From Clostridia bacterium (GTDB lineage: Bacteria; Bacillota; Clostridia; Oscillospirales; CAG-272), in NCBI GenBank assembly GCA_017463445.1, contig JAFTPF010000011.1:33087-97086 (forward strand): a stretch of 64,000 nt of DNA, read 5' to 3'. The translations under genes were made by a program, and so were the position numbers. The notes below the pieces were generated by a model. The model was not told the origin of the DNA. It did not search any database and saw nothing but the letters and a program-made list of their open reading frames with translations. Positions 19,348 to 27,932 of the stretch are shown here, piece after piece. The number at the start of each line of letters is the position of its first letter. Position 1 is the stretch's first letter.

Positions 19348-19854
19348 TTAATAAGGGAATATGTCTACCATTGCCAAAACAGAATCATTAATATAGTACG
19401 TCGCACAAATATGACAACCGGTTACCCCACTGTGGCTGAATTCAATACGATCGCCCATAGAGTTTTGGTATATTAAATTGCCTTGACTGTCTTCTTCGAT
19501 AAAAGTAAAGCAAGAACTGCGATTAGTATCTATGCGTCCTTCTAAAATCTCTATATTCGAGACTTCAACATCAAATGTTTGCCAAGTAAAATTTGATATT
19601 GTAATTGGACTCAACGCACCTAACGTCTTATATGCACGACTATACGTGCAGTTTGGATACCAAGTACCGGAACAATCTAATTCTTTATTCCATTCGTTGT
19701 ATGTTAAATAAGCTTTTGCCTGCGAATTTTCACTCCATTTGTATTTTATAATTCTGCAGACGTGGTCATAAGCGATCTCGTCAGAAGTGGTCTCGCTTTG
19801 GCATGAAGGTAAAATCATACATACCATTAATAAACAAAATAAAACTCTTTTCAT
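19348..19854 (-). CDS. lipoprotein, unknown function (AT-rich island)
   Basis: Signal peptide with lipobox ILPSC. The protein is Cys-rich and the gene is AT-rich. Confidence 0.6.
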   Translation of the reverse strand: MKRVLFCLLMVCMILPSCQSETTSDEIAYDHVCRIIKYKWSENSQAKAYLTYNEWNKELDCSGTWYPNCTYSRAYKTLGALSPITISNFTWQTFDVEVSNIEILEGRIDTNRSSCFTFIEEDSQGNLIYQNSMGDRIEFSHSGVTGCHICATYYINDSVLAMVDIFPY

Positions 19855-20024
19855 ACATAATCCCCCCCAAAAAAGACGTGAATTTTACTAATCTTCCGAT
19901 ACAATGTTACCCAGGCACTTCTCCTGGGATTTTACAGTCATTTGACATCTCCTTAGTTTGTTGAAAAACTAAGAGTACATCGGTTGCACACAGCTTTATA
20001 ATTTCAAAAATTAATATTATCCCT

Positions 20025-20357
20025 TTATTTTCCAAATGAAATAACTTTATTCCCTTGCCATGTAAGGTTGCCAATATCCCCCGGTACCCACGTGTTGTTC
20101 GATTTAGCCATCAAGCGAAGGCGTTCACCATGAGAGGTTTCAAAAACAAAATACATTTCAATTGGGCCGAATAATTCATCGGTTATTTTTTGTTTTTCCA
20201 ACAGCTTGGCTTCTGCTGTTTGGATAGGCTGTTTGGCATTCTCGCTATTTCTATAACTGATTGCAATTAGTGCGAATAATCCCGATAGAATCGCAATCCC
20301 AAACAGAACTCCCAAAAAAATCGTTAAGTCATCGGTTGTGATATTTTCAATATCCAT
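20025..20357 (-). CDS. DUF2500 (YhhM-like) membrane-anchored protein
   Basis: It has an N-terminal TM. The C-terminal PGDIGNLTWQGNKVISF matches the GD.G.L...G.r..sF ending of E. coli YhhM-type DUF2500. Confidence 0.6.
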   Translation of the reverse strand: MDIENITTDDLTIFLGVLFGIAILSGLFALIAISYRNSENAKQPIQTAEAKLLEKQKITDELFGPIEMYFVFETSHGERLRLMAKSNNTWVPGDIGNLTWQGNKVISFGK

Positions 20358-20400
20358 TTACATTTTCCTCCATAATAAAATGCGTATTTTCTCATTATGT

Positions 20401-20673
20401 TTAAGATGGTTTGACAAAGAATGAACCGATTAATGCTACTGCTCCTATCAAGATAGCCGCGACACCGATTACTGAGCACATTTCAGCCACATCTTCACCT
20501 TTTTCGTTTCCTCCGATATAACCCGTGTCGGTTATGACATATTCGCCGTCAATCACCGCACCCATTTGAACACTCTGCGGCTGAGTTGCTTCTTCGATGT
20601 TTCCTGCCATAGAGGCGATAAAAATACCACCCACAAGCAGTATAACGCCCAAAAATCGCAATAATACCTTCAT
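20401..20673 (-). CDS. small two-TM membrane protein
   Basis: 90 aa with hydrophobic N- and C-terminal segments. Confidence 0.5.
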   Translation of the reverse strand: MKVLLRFLGVILLVGGIFIASMAGNIEEATQPQSVQMGAVIDGEYVITDTGYIGGNEKGEDVAEMCSVIGVAAILIGAVALIGSFFVKPS

Positions 20674-20795
20674 AAAGATCTCCCTTTCTTAAATTTTGAT
20701 CCGCGCTGCTGATCTTTAACACAATTATAGCACAAAAATGTGCTAAAGTCAAGCATAATGTTGAATATTAACACAAAATATTGTGGGGTAGATGA

Positions 20796-21050
20796 ATGAA
20801 GATCTATGATTATAATGGTAAGAAGAATATTTGCGGAGAACGAGTCAGATTGGCACGCCAAATGCGTAAAATGTCTCAGAGCGACCTTGCTGCTAAATTA
20901 CAGGTTGAAAATGTCATTATCGAACGAGATAGTGTGAGCCGTATAGAAGCTGGAACGCGTTTTGTTACAGATTACGAATTGAAAGTGTTGTCCAAAGTAC
21001 TTCGTGTAAGCATTATGTGGTTAATTGATGAAGAAGAATTGACTGTATGA
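20796..21050 (+). CDS. XRE-family helix-turn-helix transcriptional regulator
   Basis: 84 aa. The HTH is RLARQMRKMSQSDLAAKLQVENVIIERDSVSRIEAG. It is divergent from the three small membrane or lipoprotein genes. Confidence 0.8.
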   Translation: MKIYDYNGKKNICGERVRLARQMRKMSQSDLAAKLQVENVIIERDSVSRIEAGTRFVTDYELKVLSKVLRVSIMWLIDEEELTV

Positions 21051-21056
21051 ATATAC

Positions 21057-21251
21057 AAACCGCCTTGCAAATATTTGCAAGGCGGTTTGCTTACAATTCG
21101 AACGCCGACGAGTACTCGTCGGCGTTTTCATAAAGTTTTCGGAGTCCAGAACCCTTTTTCAAAGAAGGGATGGAGTTGCCTCAACGAGGCAACTCCGGCA
21201 ATTCGGCTTTGCCGAATTGCATGGGTGGGGTTCCAAGGGCAGAGCCCTTGG
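21057..21251. repeat. six consecutive hairpin modules filling a convergent intergenic gap
   Basis: Hairpins lie at 21057-21088, 21101-21126 (CGACGAGTACTCGTCG core), ~21152-21169, 21172-21196, 21198-21220 and 21233-21251. The last is the exact reverse complement of 4032-4050. The linker TTCATAAAGTTTTCGGAG lies at 21127. Confidence 0.8.
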
Positions 21252-23486
21252 TCAATTATTCCGATAATAATTCATCAGACAGCCGTCCAGGAGGATCTGG
21301 CGGTCGCCGGCGGGGAGGGCTTCCAGCAGGAAGGTGAAGGGGGCGGCTGCGCCGTCGTGGATGATGTAGGCGGGGACTTCTACGGCATCGGAGGCGAGGA
21401 GCTCGCGGATGTTCGGGATGAAAATGTAGTCGTCTACCGCCACGGGAAGATCACCCTTGTAGGTCAAGGGGAGCATACCCCAGTTGATCAGGTTGGAGCG
21501 GTAACGCTTGGTGGCGTACTCCTGCGCGATGTTGGCAAGACCGCCCAGCACACGCTGACAGGATGCCGCCTGCTCACGGGCAGAGCCGTCACCGGGCTTC
21601 AGCGCGCAGACCACCGAGCCCAGCATGATGGAGTCGGCGGGGGCATTGCTGACGGTGGCAACGGCGGCGTAAACCTCGTCCAGTTCGGCAATGTGCTTGC
21701 CGGCGAGACGGTCGGCCTCGGCGGTGCGGACTGCCTTCGCCTTGCCCACGTATGCGGGATCCTTTCTCGACAGCGCAAAAGAGGACAGCTTCTCGGGATT
21801 AGAACGGTAGGAGGAGGTGTCGCCCGAGGGGATCAGTTCGTCGGTGGTGGTGACGGGGTCGTTGATGATGGTCACCGCTTTCAGAAGCAGATTGTCGGCG
21901 GGAGCGTTCATCTTGGGCCAGTCGGCGATGTTGGGACCGAAGACCAGCTCGGTCTCGGGCTTGGCTTTGCCATAGCCGTTGTAAACGCGATTGTCGTAAA
22001 CGGTCTTGTCAAAGTTGTAGCAGGGAGTGGTGTAGGAAACGTCCAGCTCGGTGGCGGGGGTCAGCACGCCGCCGTTTGCTGCGGTGGCGGCGATGGAGCG
22101 GGAGTCCATGAGGGCAACTGCCGCGATCTGGTTGTCGCCGGGCTTGGAGCCTTCGCGGTTGGGGAAGTTACGGGTGGAGTGCCGGATGGACAGACCGCCG
22201 TTGGCGGGAACGTCGCCTGCGCCGAAGCAGGGACCGCAGAACGCCGAGCGGAGGGTCGCGCCTGCAGAGATCAGATCTGCCGCGGCTCCCGCACGGATCA
22301 GCTCCAGCATCACGGGCTGAGAAGCGGGGTAAACAGACAGCGAGAATCTGCCCGCGCCGGTGGATGCGCCGCGAAGAATGTCGGCGGCGGCGATGAGGTT
22401 ATCGAAGGTACCGCCCGCACAGCCTGCGATGACACCCTGATCTACGTAGAACTTGCCGTCCACGAACTTGGACTGCAGGTTCAGCCGTCCCTCGGGGATG
22501 CCCAGCTGATTCACCGCGTCTGCCTCGCACTTTGCCAGCAGCTCAGGAGCGTTTTTCAAAAATTCCTTGATGGTGTATGCGTTGGAGGGGTGGAAGGGGA
22601 GCGCAATCATGGGCTCTACCTTGTCGAGATCGATTTCCACCATGCCGTCGTAGTAGGCGGGGGAGGTGGGGGAGAGCTTCTTGTAGTCTGCCGCTCTGCC
22701 GTGGAGGGCGAGGTACGCCTCGGTCGCCTCGTCGGTCTCCCAGATGGAGGAGAGACAGGTGGTCTCGGTGGTCATCACGTCGATGCCGTTACGGAACTCC
22801 ATAGGCAGGTTATGTACGCCCTCGCCGATGAACTCCAGCACCTTATTCTTCACAAAGCCGGATGCGAAGACCGCACCGATCAGCGCGATGGCAACGTCCT
22901 GGGGTCCCACGCCGATCCGGGGCTTGCCGCTCAGCTTGACCGCGATGACGTCGGGGTAAGCGATGTCGTAGGTTCTGCCCAGCAGTTGCTTTACCAGCTC
23001 GGGACCGCCCTCGCCGATCGCCATAGTGCCGATGGCACCGTAGCGGGTGTGGGAGTCGGAGCCCAGCAGCATCTTGCCGCAGCCTGCGAAGGATTCGCGC
23101 ATATAAGAGTGGATGACCGCCTGATGGGGAGGCACAAAGATGCCGCCGTACTTCTCCGCAGCGGAAAGACCAAACATATGGTCATCCTCGTTGATGGTTC
23201 CGCCAACGGCACAGAGGGAGTTGTGACAGTTGGTCAGGACGTAGGGGAGGGGAAATTCCTTCAGACCCGACGCGCGGGCAGTCTGGATGATACCAACGTA
23301 GGTGATATCGTGGGACGCCATTGCGTCGAATTTGATCTTCAGTCTGTCGTCATTTCCCGAGGTGTTGTGGGAAGTGAGGATAGAGTACGCCATAGTGTTC
23401 TTCTTGGCGTCGGATGCGGATAAATTGGACTTGTCCGAAATGGTGCCGTTTTCGTAGAAAACGCCGTTCTTGGTGAGTTTGATCAT
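21252..23486 (-). CDS. aconitase-family hydratase (aconitate hydratase)
   Basis: 744 aa. The Fe-S ligand contexts LLGSDSHT and FCGPCFG are present, and a swivel-domain C-terminus. Confidence 0.85.
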   Translation of the reverse strand: MIKLTKNGVFYENGTISDKSNLSASDAKKNTMAYSILTSHNTSGNDDRLKIKFDAMASHDITYVGIIQTARASGLKEFPLPYVLTNCHNSLCAVGGTINEDDHMFGLSAAEKYGGIFVPPHQAVIHSYMRESFAGCGKMLLGSDSHTRYGAIGTMAIGEGGPELVKQLLGRTYDIAYPDVIAVKLSGKPRIGVGPQDVAIALIGAVFASGFVKNKVLEFIGEGVHNLPMEFRNGIDVMTTETTCLSSIWETDEATEAYLALHGRAADYKKLSPTSPAYYDGMVEIDLDKVEPMIALPFHPSNAYTIKEFLKNAPELLAKCEADAVNQLGIPEGRLNLQSKFVDGKFYVDQGVIAGCAGGTFDNLIAAADILRGASTGAGRFSLSVYPASQPVMLELIRAGAAADLISAGATLRSAFCGPCFGAGDVPANGGLSIRHSTRNFPNREGSKPGDNQIAAVALMDSRSIAATAANGGVLTPATELDVSYTTPCYNFDKTVYDNRVYNGYGKAKPETELVFGPNIADWPKMNAPADNLLLKAVTIINDPVTTTDELIPSGDTSSYRSNPEKLSSFALSRKDPAYVGKAKAVRTAEADRLAGKHIAELDEVYAAVATVSNAPADSIMLGSVVCALKPGDGSAREQAASCQRVLGGLANIAQEYATKRYRSNLINWGMLPLTYKGDLPVAVDDYIFIPNIRELLASDAVEVPAYIIHDGAAAPFTFLLEALPAGDRQILLDGCLMNYYRNN

Positions 23487-23527
23487 GTATATCGCTCCTT
23501 TTCAGGTAGAAAAATCAAGATATAACT

Positions 23528-23556
23528 ATTATAGCACAGATCGGCGTCGATTGCAA
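23528..23556 (-). promoter_or_regulatory. sigma-A type promoter for the aconitase gene
   Basis: The minus strand reads TTGCAA, 17 nt, TATAAT, with TGC just upstream of the -10 (extended -10). Confidence 0.5.
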
Positions 23557-23573
23557 GATATTTTTTTGCGCAC

Positions 23574-23602
23574 TTGACAGATTGTGAAAAATATGCTACA
23601 AT
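23574..23602 (+). promoter_or_regulatory. sigma-A type promoter for the ThuA-like gene
   Basis: TTGACA, 17 nt, TACAAT. Confidence 0.55.
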
Positions 23603-23671
23603 AAAAGCACTATGATTGGTTGCCGTGTGCGAGATTTGCGGCAACGTCGCTGCTGCGGCAGGAGGATAATT

Positions 23672-24394
23672 ATGATCAAAGTAACGATTTTCAACGAATT
23701 CGTCCACGAAAAGAACGACGAGAATGTCAAGAAGATCTACCCGAGCGGTATGCATGCCGCGATCGCGGGTTTTCTTCGCTCCGACGAGATCTCGGTGCGC
23801 ACCGTGACCCTGGACGATCCCGAGTGCGGTCTGACCCAGGACGTGTTGGACGACACCGACGTCCTCATTTGGTGGGGACACGTGGCACATCACATGGTAC
23901 CCGATGAGGTCGCCCACCGCGTACAGGAGAGCGTGCTGAAGGGGATGGGATTTGTAGTCCTGCACTCCGGCCACCACTCCAAGCCCTTCAAACTGCTGAT
24001 GGGCACCACCTGCAACGTGAACTGGCGTGAGGACGGCGATTTCTGCCGCCTGTGGATCTGCGATCCCTCCCACCCCATCGTGGCAGGTCTCGACCGCTAC
24101 ATCGAGATCCCTCACGAGGAGATGTACACCGAGCCCTTCGGTATTCCCGAACCCGACAAGCTCCTGATGATCGGTTGGTACGACAGCGGCGAGGTATTCC
24201 GCTCCGGCTGTATCTATCAGCGCGGCCACGGCAAGATCTTCTACTTCCAGCCCGGTCACGAAACCTACCCCACCTACTACATCCCCGATGTGCAGACCGT
24301 TATCCGCAACGCCGTAAAATGGGCGGCACCCACCTACCGCACCCCCGACCTCCCCTGCCCTTGGGTACCCCGCATTACGCCTAAGGAGAATTGA
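23672..24394 (+). CDS. ThuA domain-containing protein (trehalose-utilisation-like)
   Basis: MIKVTIFNEFVHEK...KIYPSGMH...DVLIWWGH...VLHSGHHSKPFK...FYFQPGHETYPTYY is the characteristic ThuA pattern. GGAGGA is the RBS before ATG 23672. Confidence 0.8.
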   Translation: MIKVTIFNEFVHEKNDENVKKIYPSGMHAAIAGFLRSDEISVRTVTLDDPECGLTQDVLDDTDVLIWWGHVAHHMVPDEVAHRVQESVLKGMGFVVLHSGHHSKPFKLLMGTTCNVNWREDGDFCRLWICDPSHPIVAGLDRYIEIPHEEMYTEPFGIPEPDKLLMIGWYDSGEVFRSGCIYQRGHGKIFYFQPGHETYPTYYIPDVQTVIRNAVKWAAPTYRTPDLPCPWVPRITPKEN

Positions 24395-24614
24395 ATGCAT
24401 TTGGGGCTCTGTCCCCCGCTAAACTTTCTTGAAAAAAAGTTTGGATCAGAAGATCCCCTGCCCGACGAATACTCGTCGGGCAGGGGATCTTCTTTGATAT
24501 TCTTTTATAAATTGCACATACTGATAATAATCACAATCTGCCGGGCAAGTATTTGCCCGGCTTCATAAAAGTTTTAGAAGGGGTTTGGGGGAACCTTTTT
24601 CAAAAGGTTCCCCC
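24395..24614. repeat. mosaic hairpin element (P4-P3-linker-P2)
   Basis: A perfect 21-bp stem with a 4-nt loop lies at 24448-24493. GCCGGGCAAGTATTTGCCCGGC lies at 24540-24561. The linker TTCATAAAAGTTTTAGAAGG follows. GGGGGAACCTTTTTCAAAAGGTTCCCCC lies at 24587-24614. Confidence 0.85.
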
Positions 24615-24624
24615 AAGAAACATT

Positions 24625-25482
24625 ATGCTCAAAAAAACCATCGGACTTACTGCGGGGGCGGCGGTGTATTCGGCAGGGATCTCGCTGTTTCTGGATCCTC
24701 ACGGCCTTGCTCCGGGAGGCATAGGCGGTATTGCCATCATGCTCAGCCGCATCGCGCCTGTTTTAGAGACGGGCACATGGATCCTACTGCTCAACATACC
24801 GCTGTTGATCATCGGATCGATCGTGTTCGGACGCAGATTTCTGCTGTCGACGGTATATACCACCGTCGCTTCTTCGCTGATGGTAGACGTGATCGCGAGG
24901 CTGATGGCGGATCAGCCTCAGCTGACCGATAATACCCTGCTGGCAGCGCTTGCCGGAGGTGCGGGACTGTCCATCGGCATGGGCATCGTTTTCCGTAGCG
25001 GCGGTACTACGGGAGGGGCGGACATCGTAGTCAAGCTCCTTCGCAGAAAATACCGTCATCTGCGAATGGGCGCGATCTTCATGGCGATCGATGCCGCTGT
25101 TGTGGTGTTGACCATCCCCGTGATGGGCGGCGTGGAGCCTGCACTGTACGCCGCGGTAGCATTGGTGGTCGCCAGCGTGTTGATTGACAAGGTGTTGTAC
25201 GGCGCTGAGGGCGGTACGCTCTTCTATATCGTCACCCAGCGTCCCCACGAGATCGCAAAACGGATCATGGACGAGGTCGATCTGGGCGTTACCTATCTGC
25301 AGGGCGAAGGTGCGTACACCGGTGCTCCCAAACGGGTTCTGCTCTGCGTGGCGCGCAGGCAACTTTCACCCAGGATACGCGACATCGTCAAAGCGGAGGA
25401 CGCATCCGCATTCCTAATCGTCAGCCCTGCCAGTGAGGTGCTGGGCGAGGGGTTCAAGGCACATGAGGCGGAGGAACCATAG
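24625..25482 (+). CDS. YitT family (DUF161/DUF2179) membrane protein
   Basis: The N-terminus is MLKKTIGLTAGAAVYSAGISLFLDPHGLAPGGIGGIA. It is multi-TM with a C-terminal soluble domain. The upstream 24 codons of track ORF 24553 are repeat-encoded. Confidence 0.8.
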   Translation: MLKKTIGLTAGAAVYSAGISLFLDPHGLAPGGIGGIAIMLSRIAPVLETGTWILLLNIPLLIIGSIVFGRRFLLSTVYTTVASSLMVDVIARLMADQPQLTDNTLLAALAGGAGLSIGMGIVFRSGGTTGGADIVVKLLRRKYRHLRMGAIFMAIDAAVVVLTIPVMGGVEPALYAAVALVVASVLIDKVLYGAEGGTLFYIVTQRPHEIAKRIMDEVDLGVTYLQGEGAYTGAPKRVLLCVARRQLSPRIRDIVKAEDASAFLIVSPASEVLGEGFKAHEAEEP

Positions 25483-25490
25483 TATCACGC

Positions 25491-25522
25491 AAAATATCCT
25501 CTCCATTTGGAGAGGATATTTT
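25491..25522. terminator. bidirectional terminator hairpin
   Basis: AAAATATCCTCTCCATTTGGAGAGGATATTTT lies between convergent genes. Confidence 0.7.
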
Positions 25523-25525
25523 CAC

Positions 25526-27637
25526 TTACTGCTTTTTCTTCTTGATCACAACTACCGCGATCACGGCGATAACCACCACAGCGGCAGCTACGCCAATCAC
25601 GATAGGCAGCACGGAGCCGTCCTCTTCTGCAGAGTCGTCGGTGGTACCGGTATCGTTATCGGATGCACCGTTGGTTACGGTGGGTGCCTTGGTGGTTACG
25701 GGAGCCTTAGTGGTAGTGGTCGCGGGCTCATCGGTCACCACGGGATCGGTGGGATCCTCGGTTGCAGGAGGATCCACAGGATCGGTGGGATCGGTGGGAT
25801 CCTCGGTTGCAGGGGGATCTACAGGATCGGTAGGATCGGTAGGATCCTCGGTTGCTGGGGGATCTACAGGATCGGTGGGCTGACCGTCATAGTTATAGAG
25901 CTCCAGCTCTGCAGCAGATACAGCTCCGCCGCCCCAGTTTGCACAGTTTACTTCCCAACGGTAGTAGGTGTATGCTGCAGGCTCGTCAACCTCGTACATA
26001 GCGGTGCCGTTATTCACACAGCCCATACCACCCATACCGCGGTCAACGTCGTCGATGATAGTATAGGTCTTGCCGTCGTTGGAGCCCAGCAGAGTCCAGG
26101 ATGCGGGAACACGGCAGTAATCGAAGCTGTCTTCCCATGCAGTGGTGATCGCATAGTTGGTAATAGTGGTAGGCTCGGTGGTCTGCCAGGTTACGAAAGC
26201 GGTGATGCCGTTGCCGCCCATCTTGGTATCTTTCTTGCCGTCGAACAGATTGGTAACAGCGCCGTCGGGCCACATACCCTTGTTGACTGCGATGGTAGCT
26301 TGGTCGATCTTGTCGGTCAGGAGAGTGCCGTCAGCTGCGATGGTAGCCGCAACATCGGGAGCCAGCATATCGGTGTCGGTGGGAACAGTGGTCTTGAATG
26401 CGAGAACCTGTTCAATGGCCTTTGCGGTAGCACCGGTGAAATCCTCGGTAGCGGAATACTTGACCACAGGCTTTACAGCGTCGCCGCCGTCACGCTCCAT
26501 GTAGGCAGCGGTGATGGTGTAGGTCTTGCCTGCTTCCAGCTTGATGGAAGAGGTGTACCAGGTCTCGGATGCATTGTTGTAGGTGCGCTCTGCCCACAGC
26601 TCGTATACGCGGGTATCGTCGATCTGGATCATCAGACCGTTGTCAACCTTGGTGGTACCAAACAGGTAGTAACCGGTCTCGGCAACGGTGAAGGTACCTT
26701 CGTACAGGTTGATGTAGGATTCGTCTGCGGGAGCAGGAGTCCAGGGAGTGATGGTGGGAGTCACAACAGTACCGCCGATCTGCTGAGAAGTAGCCAGCAG
26801 ACCTTCGATGGTCTCGTCGTAGTAAGCGGTATTATCGCCGCACTGAGAGTTGTCGCCGCCCTCAAGATCGTCGCCTGCAGCCGCAAATACCTTTACGTAA
26901 GGATGGTTAGTGTTGCCGGGATCGCCCCAACGGTCGGCCTTGTTGTGGTAGCAGTCTACGGACAGATCAAAGGTCAGACCCAGTTCTGCCAGAGATTTGA
27001 ACTCGGTAGAGTCACCCACGTAGCCGCCGATTTCCAGAGCGTCACCGCCGGTGAGCTCCAGGAACCAGATGTTCACGTCATAGGACTCGCCTGCTTTTAC
27101 AGTGATCGAACCCAGATCGCTGGCAAGATCGGCAGCCTCGGCTTTCAGCCAGTGAGAGGAGCCCCACCATTCGTAGTAACGGGTGTCGTCCATTTCGAAC
27201 ACAAAGCCGTTATCGATCTTGTTGGCAACCAGAGTGAAGGTCAAGTCCCTGGAAGCGGTCATAGTACCGGTCCAGTTCAACATATAGTTATTACCGTTGG
27301 GAGCGCCCAGAGTGCCGGTTACCAAGCTGTCGCCGTCCAGCTGGAAGGTAGTGGTCTTCACCGCTTCTTCATTAGTCTTGCGGGACCAGTACATCAGCTC
27401 GTCGATAGTCTGGTCGAAACGGTGCATATTTCTGTAATCGGCCATTTCGCCGTCACCGTCATTGCCGAAGATCTTTTTATAAGCGTCGTCCCAAGCTGCG
27501 GTATTGGCCACCAACTGGTATGAGGTCTGGGACAGACCGTCAACAGTAGTAGCGGTTTCTGCTGCGTTGACTGAAAAGGCGGAAGCCATAGACAGCATCG
27601 TAGCAGTTGCAAGAATTGTTGCAAGTGTCTTTTTCAT
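25526..27637 (-). CDS. secreted multi-domain surface protein: PA14-like repeats, F5/8 type C (CBM32-like) domain, Pro/Thr/Asp repeats and a C-terminal TM anchor
   Basis: Signal peptide MKKTLATILATATMLSMASAFSVNA. The DNGF/LxxxxDDTRxYExW blocks are PA14-like (inference). The discoidin-like segment is NLFDGKKDTKMGG...WTLLGSNDGKTYT...YYRWEV...AAELELY. PTDPTDPVDPPATED occurs three times. The tail is VIGVAAAVVVIAVIAVVVIKKKKQ. Confidence 0.75.
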   Translation of the reverse strand: MKKTLATILATATMLSMASAFSVNAAETATTVDGLSQTSYQLVANTAAWDDAYKKIFGNDGDGEMADYRNMHRFDQTIDELMYWSRKTNEEAVKTTTFQLDGDSLVTGTLGAPNGNNYMLNWTGTMTASRDLTFTLVANKIDNGFVFEMDDTRYYEWWGSSHWLKAEAADLASDLGSITVKAGESYDVNIWFLELTGGDALEIGGYVGDSTEFKSLAELGLTFDLSVDCYHNKADRWGDPGNTNHPYVKVFAAAGDDLEGGDNSQCGDNTAYYDETIEGLLATSQQIGGTVVTPTITPWTPAPADESYINLYEGTFTVAETGYYLFGTTKVDNGLMIQIDDTRVYELWAERTYNNASETWYTSSIKLEAGKTYTITAAYMERDGGDAVKPVVKYSATEDFTGATAKAIEQVLAFKTTVPTDTDMLAPDVAATIAADGTLLTDKIDQATIAVNKGMWPDGAVTNLFDGKKDTKMGGNGITAFVTWQTTEPTTITNYAITTAWEDSFDYCRVPASWTLLGSNDGKTYTIIDDVDRGMGGMGCVNNGTAMYEVDEPAAYTYYRWEVNCANWGGGAVSAAELELYNYDGQPTDPVDPPATEDPTDPTDPVDPPATEDPTDPTDPVDPPATEDPTDPVVTDEPATTTTKAPVTTKAPTVTNGASDNDTGTTDDSAEEDGSVLPIVIGVAAAVVVIAVIAVVVIKKKKQ
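25743..25879. repeat. in-frame 45-nt tandem repeat (about 3 copies) encoding PTDPTDPVDPPATED
   Basis: Direct reading of GGATCGGTGGGATCCTCGGTTGCAGGAGGATCCACAGGATCGGTG-like units. Confidence 0.8.
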
Positions 27638-27693
27638 AATTTCCTCCTGAAAATAGTCGGCAAAGTCTGCGCTGACCGTGCCTGATTGATATT

Positions 27694-27722
27694 ATTATAC
27701 ATCATATCCGTGCGGATGTCAA
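27694..27722 (-). promoter_or_regulatory. sigma-A type promoter of the 703-aa surface protein gene
   Basis: The minus strand reads TTGACA, 17 nt, TATAAT. Confidence 0.55.
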
Positions 27723-27852
27723 TATTCTCTCGCTGAGACGCTTCCGTTATCATGCGTTTCTATGTTTTGCCCAAAAAGAAGACGTCTCTTTTGGCAATTC
27801 TACCGAACTATTTGAATAAGGCGCGTTCTCTGCTGTGTCTCGGATATAATGA

Positions 27853-27880
27853 AAACTCTCCCCCGATTGGAGGAGAGTTT
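27853..27880 (-). terminator. terminator hairpin after the 307-aa surface protein gene
   Basis: AAACTCTCC...GGAGAGTTT stem. It is related to the hairpins at 29026-29057 and 25491-25522. Confidence 0.5.
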
Positions 27881-27932
27881 GTGTGAGACCTATTGTATTT
27901 TTGCAAACAACAGCAGATCTGACTTGTTTCGT

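Noticed and set aside
21075-23423. Long antisense ORFs: 782 aa here, plus 25433..27523, 29289..30968, 55056..56861, 50984..52351, 49690..50766, 1225..2358 and 11185..12108.
   Set aside because: Each lies fully opposite a gene with clear family motifs. Their translations are low-complexity (Gly/Val/Arg/Asp-rich) with no motifs, RBS or promoter. This is a typical stop-codon-poor antisense frame in G+C-rich coding DNA.
24553-24624. N-terminal extensions of track ORFs, including 24553, 4167, 23612, 34060, 53682, 58099, 57158, 30998 and 28856.
   Set aside because: Internal ATGs are preceded by good Shine-Dalgarno sequences and coincide with the start of family-conserved sequence or of signal peptides. 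The extensions are encoded by repeats or overlap upstream genes.
25743-25879. Possible CRISPR array. The ATGAAGC array at 59790-59960 was considered for the same reason.
   Set aside because: The 45-nt repeats are contiguous, in-frame coding repeats without spacers. The 59.8-kb array has only a 7-nt constant part and irregular 22-38 nt spacing. No cas genes are present.
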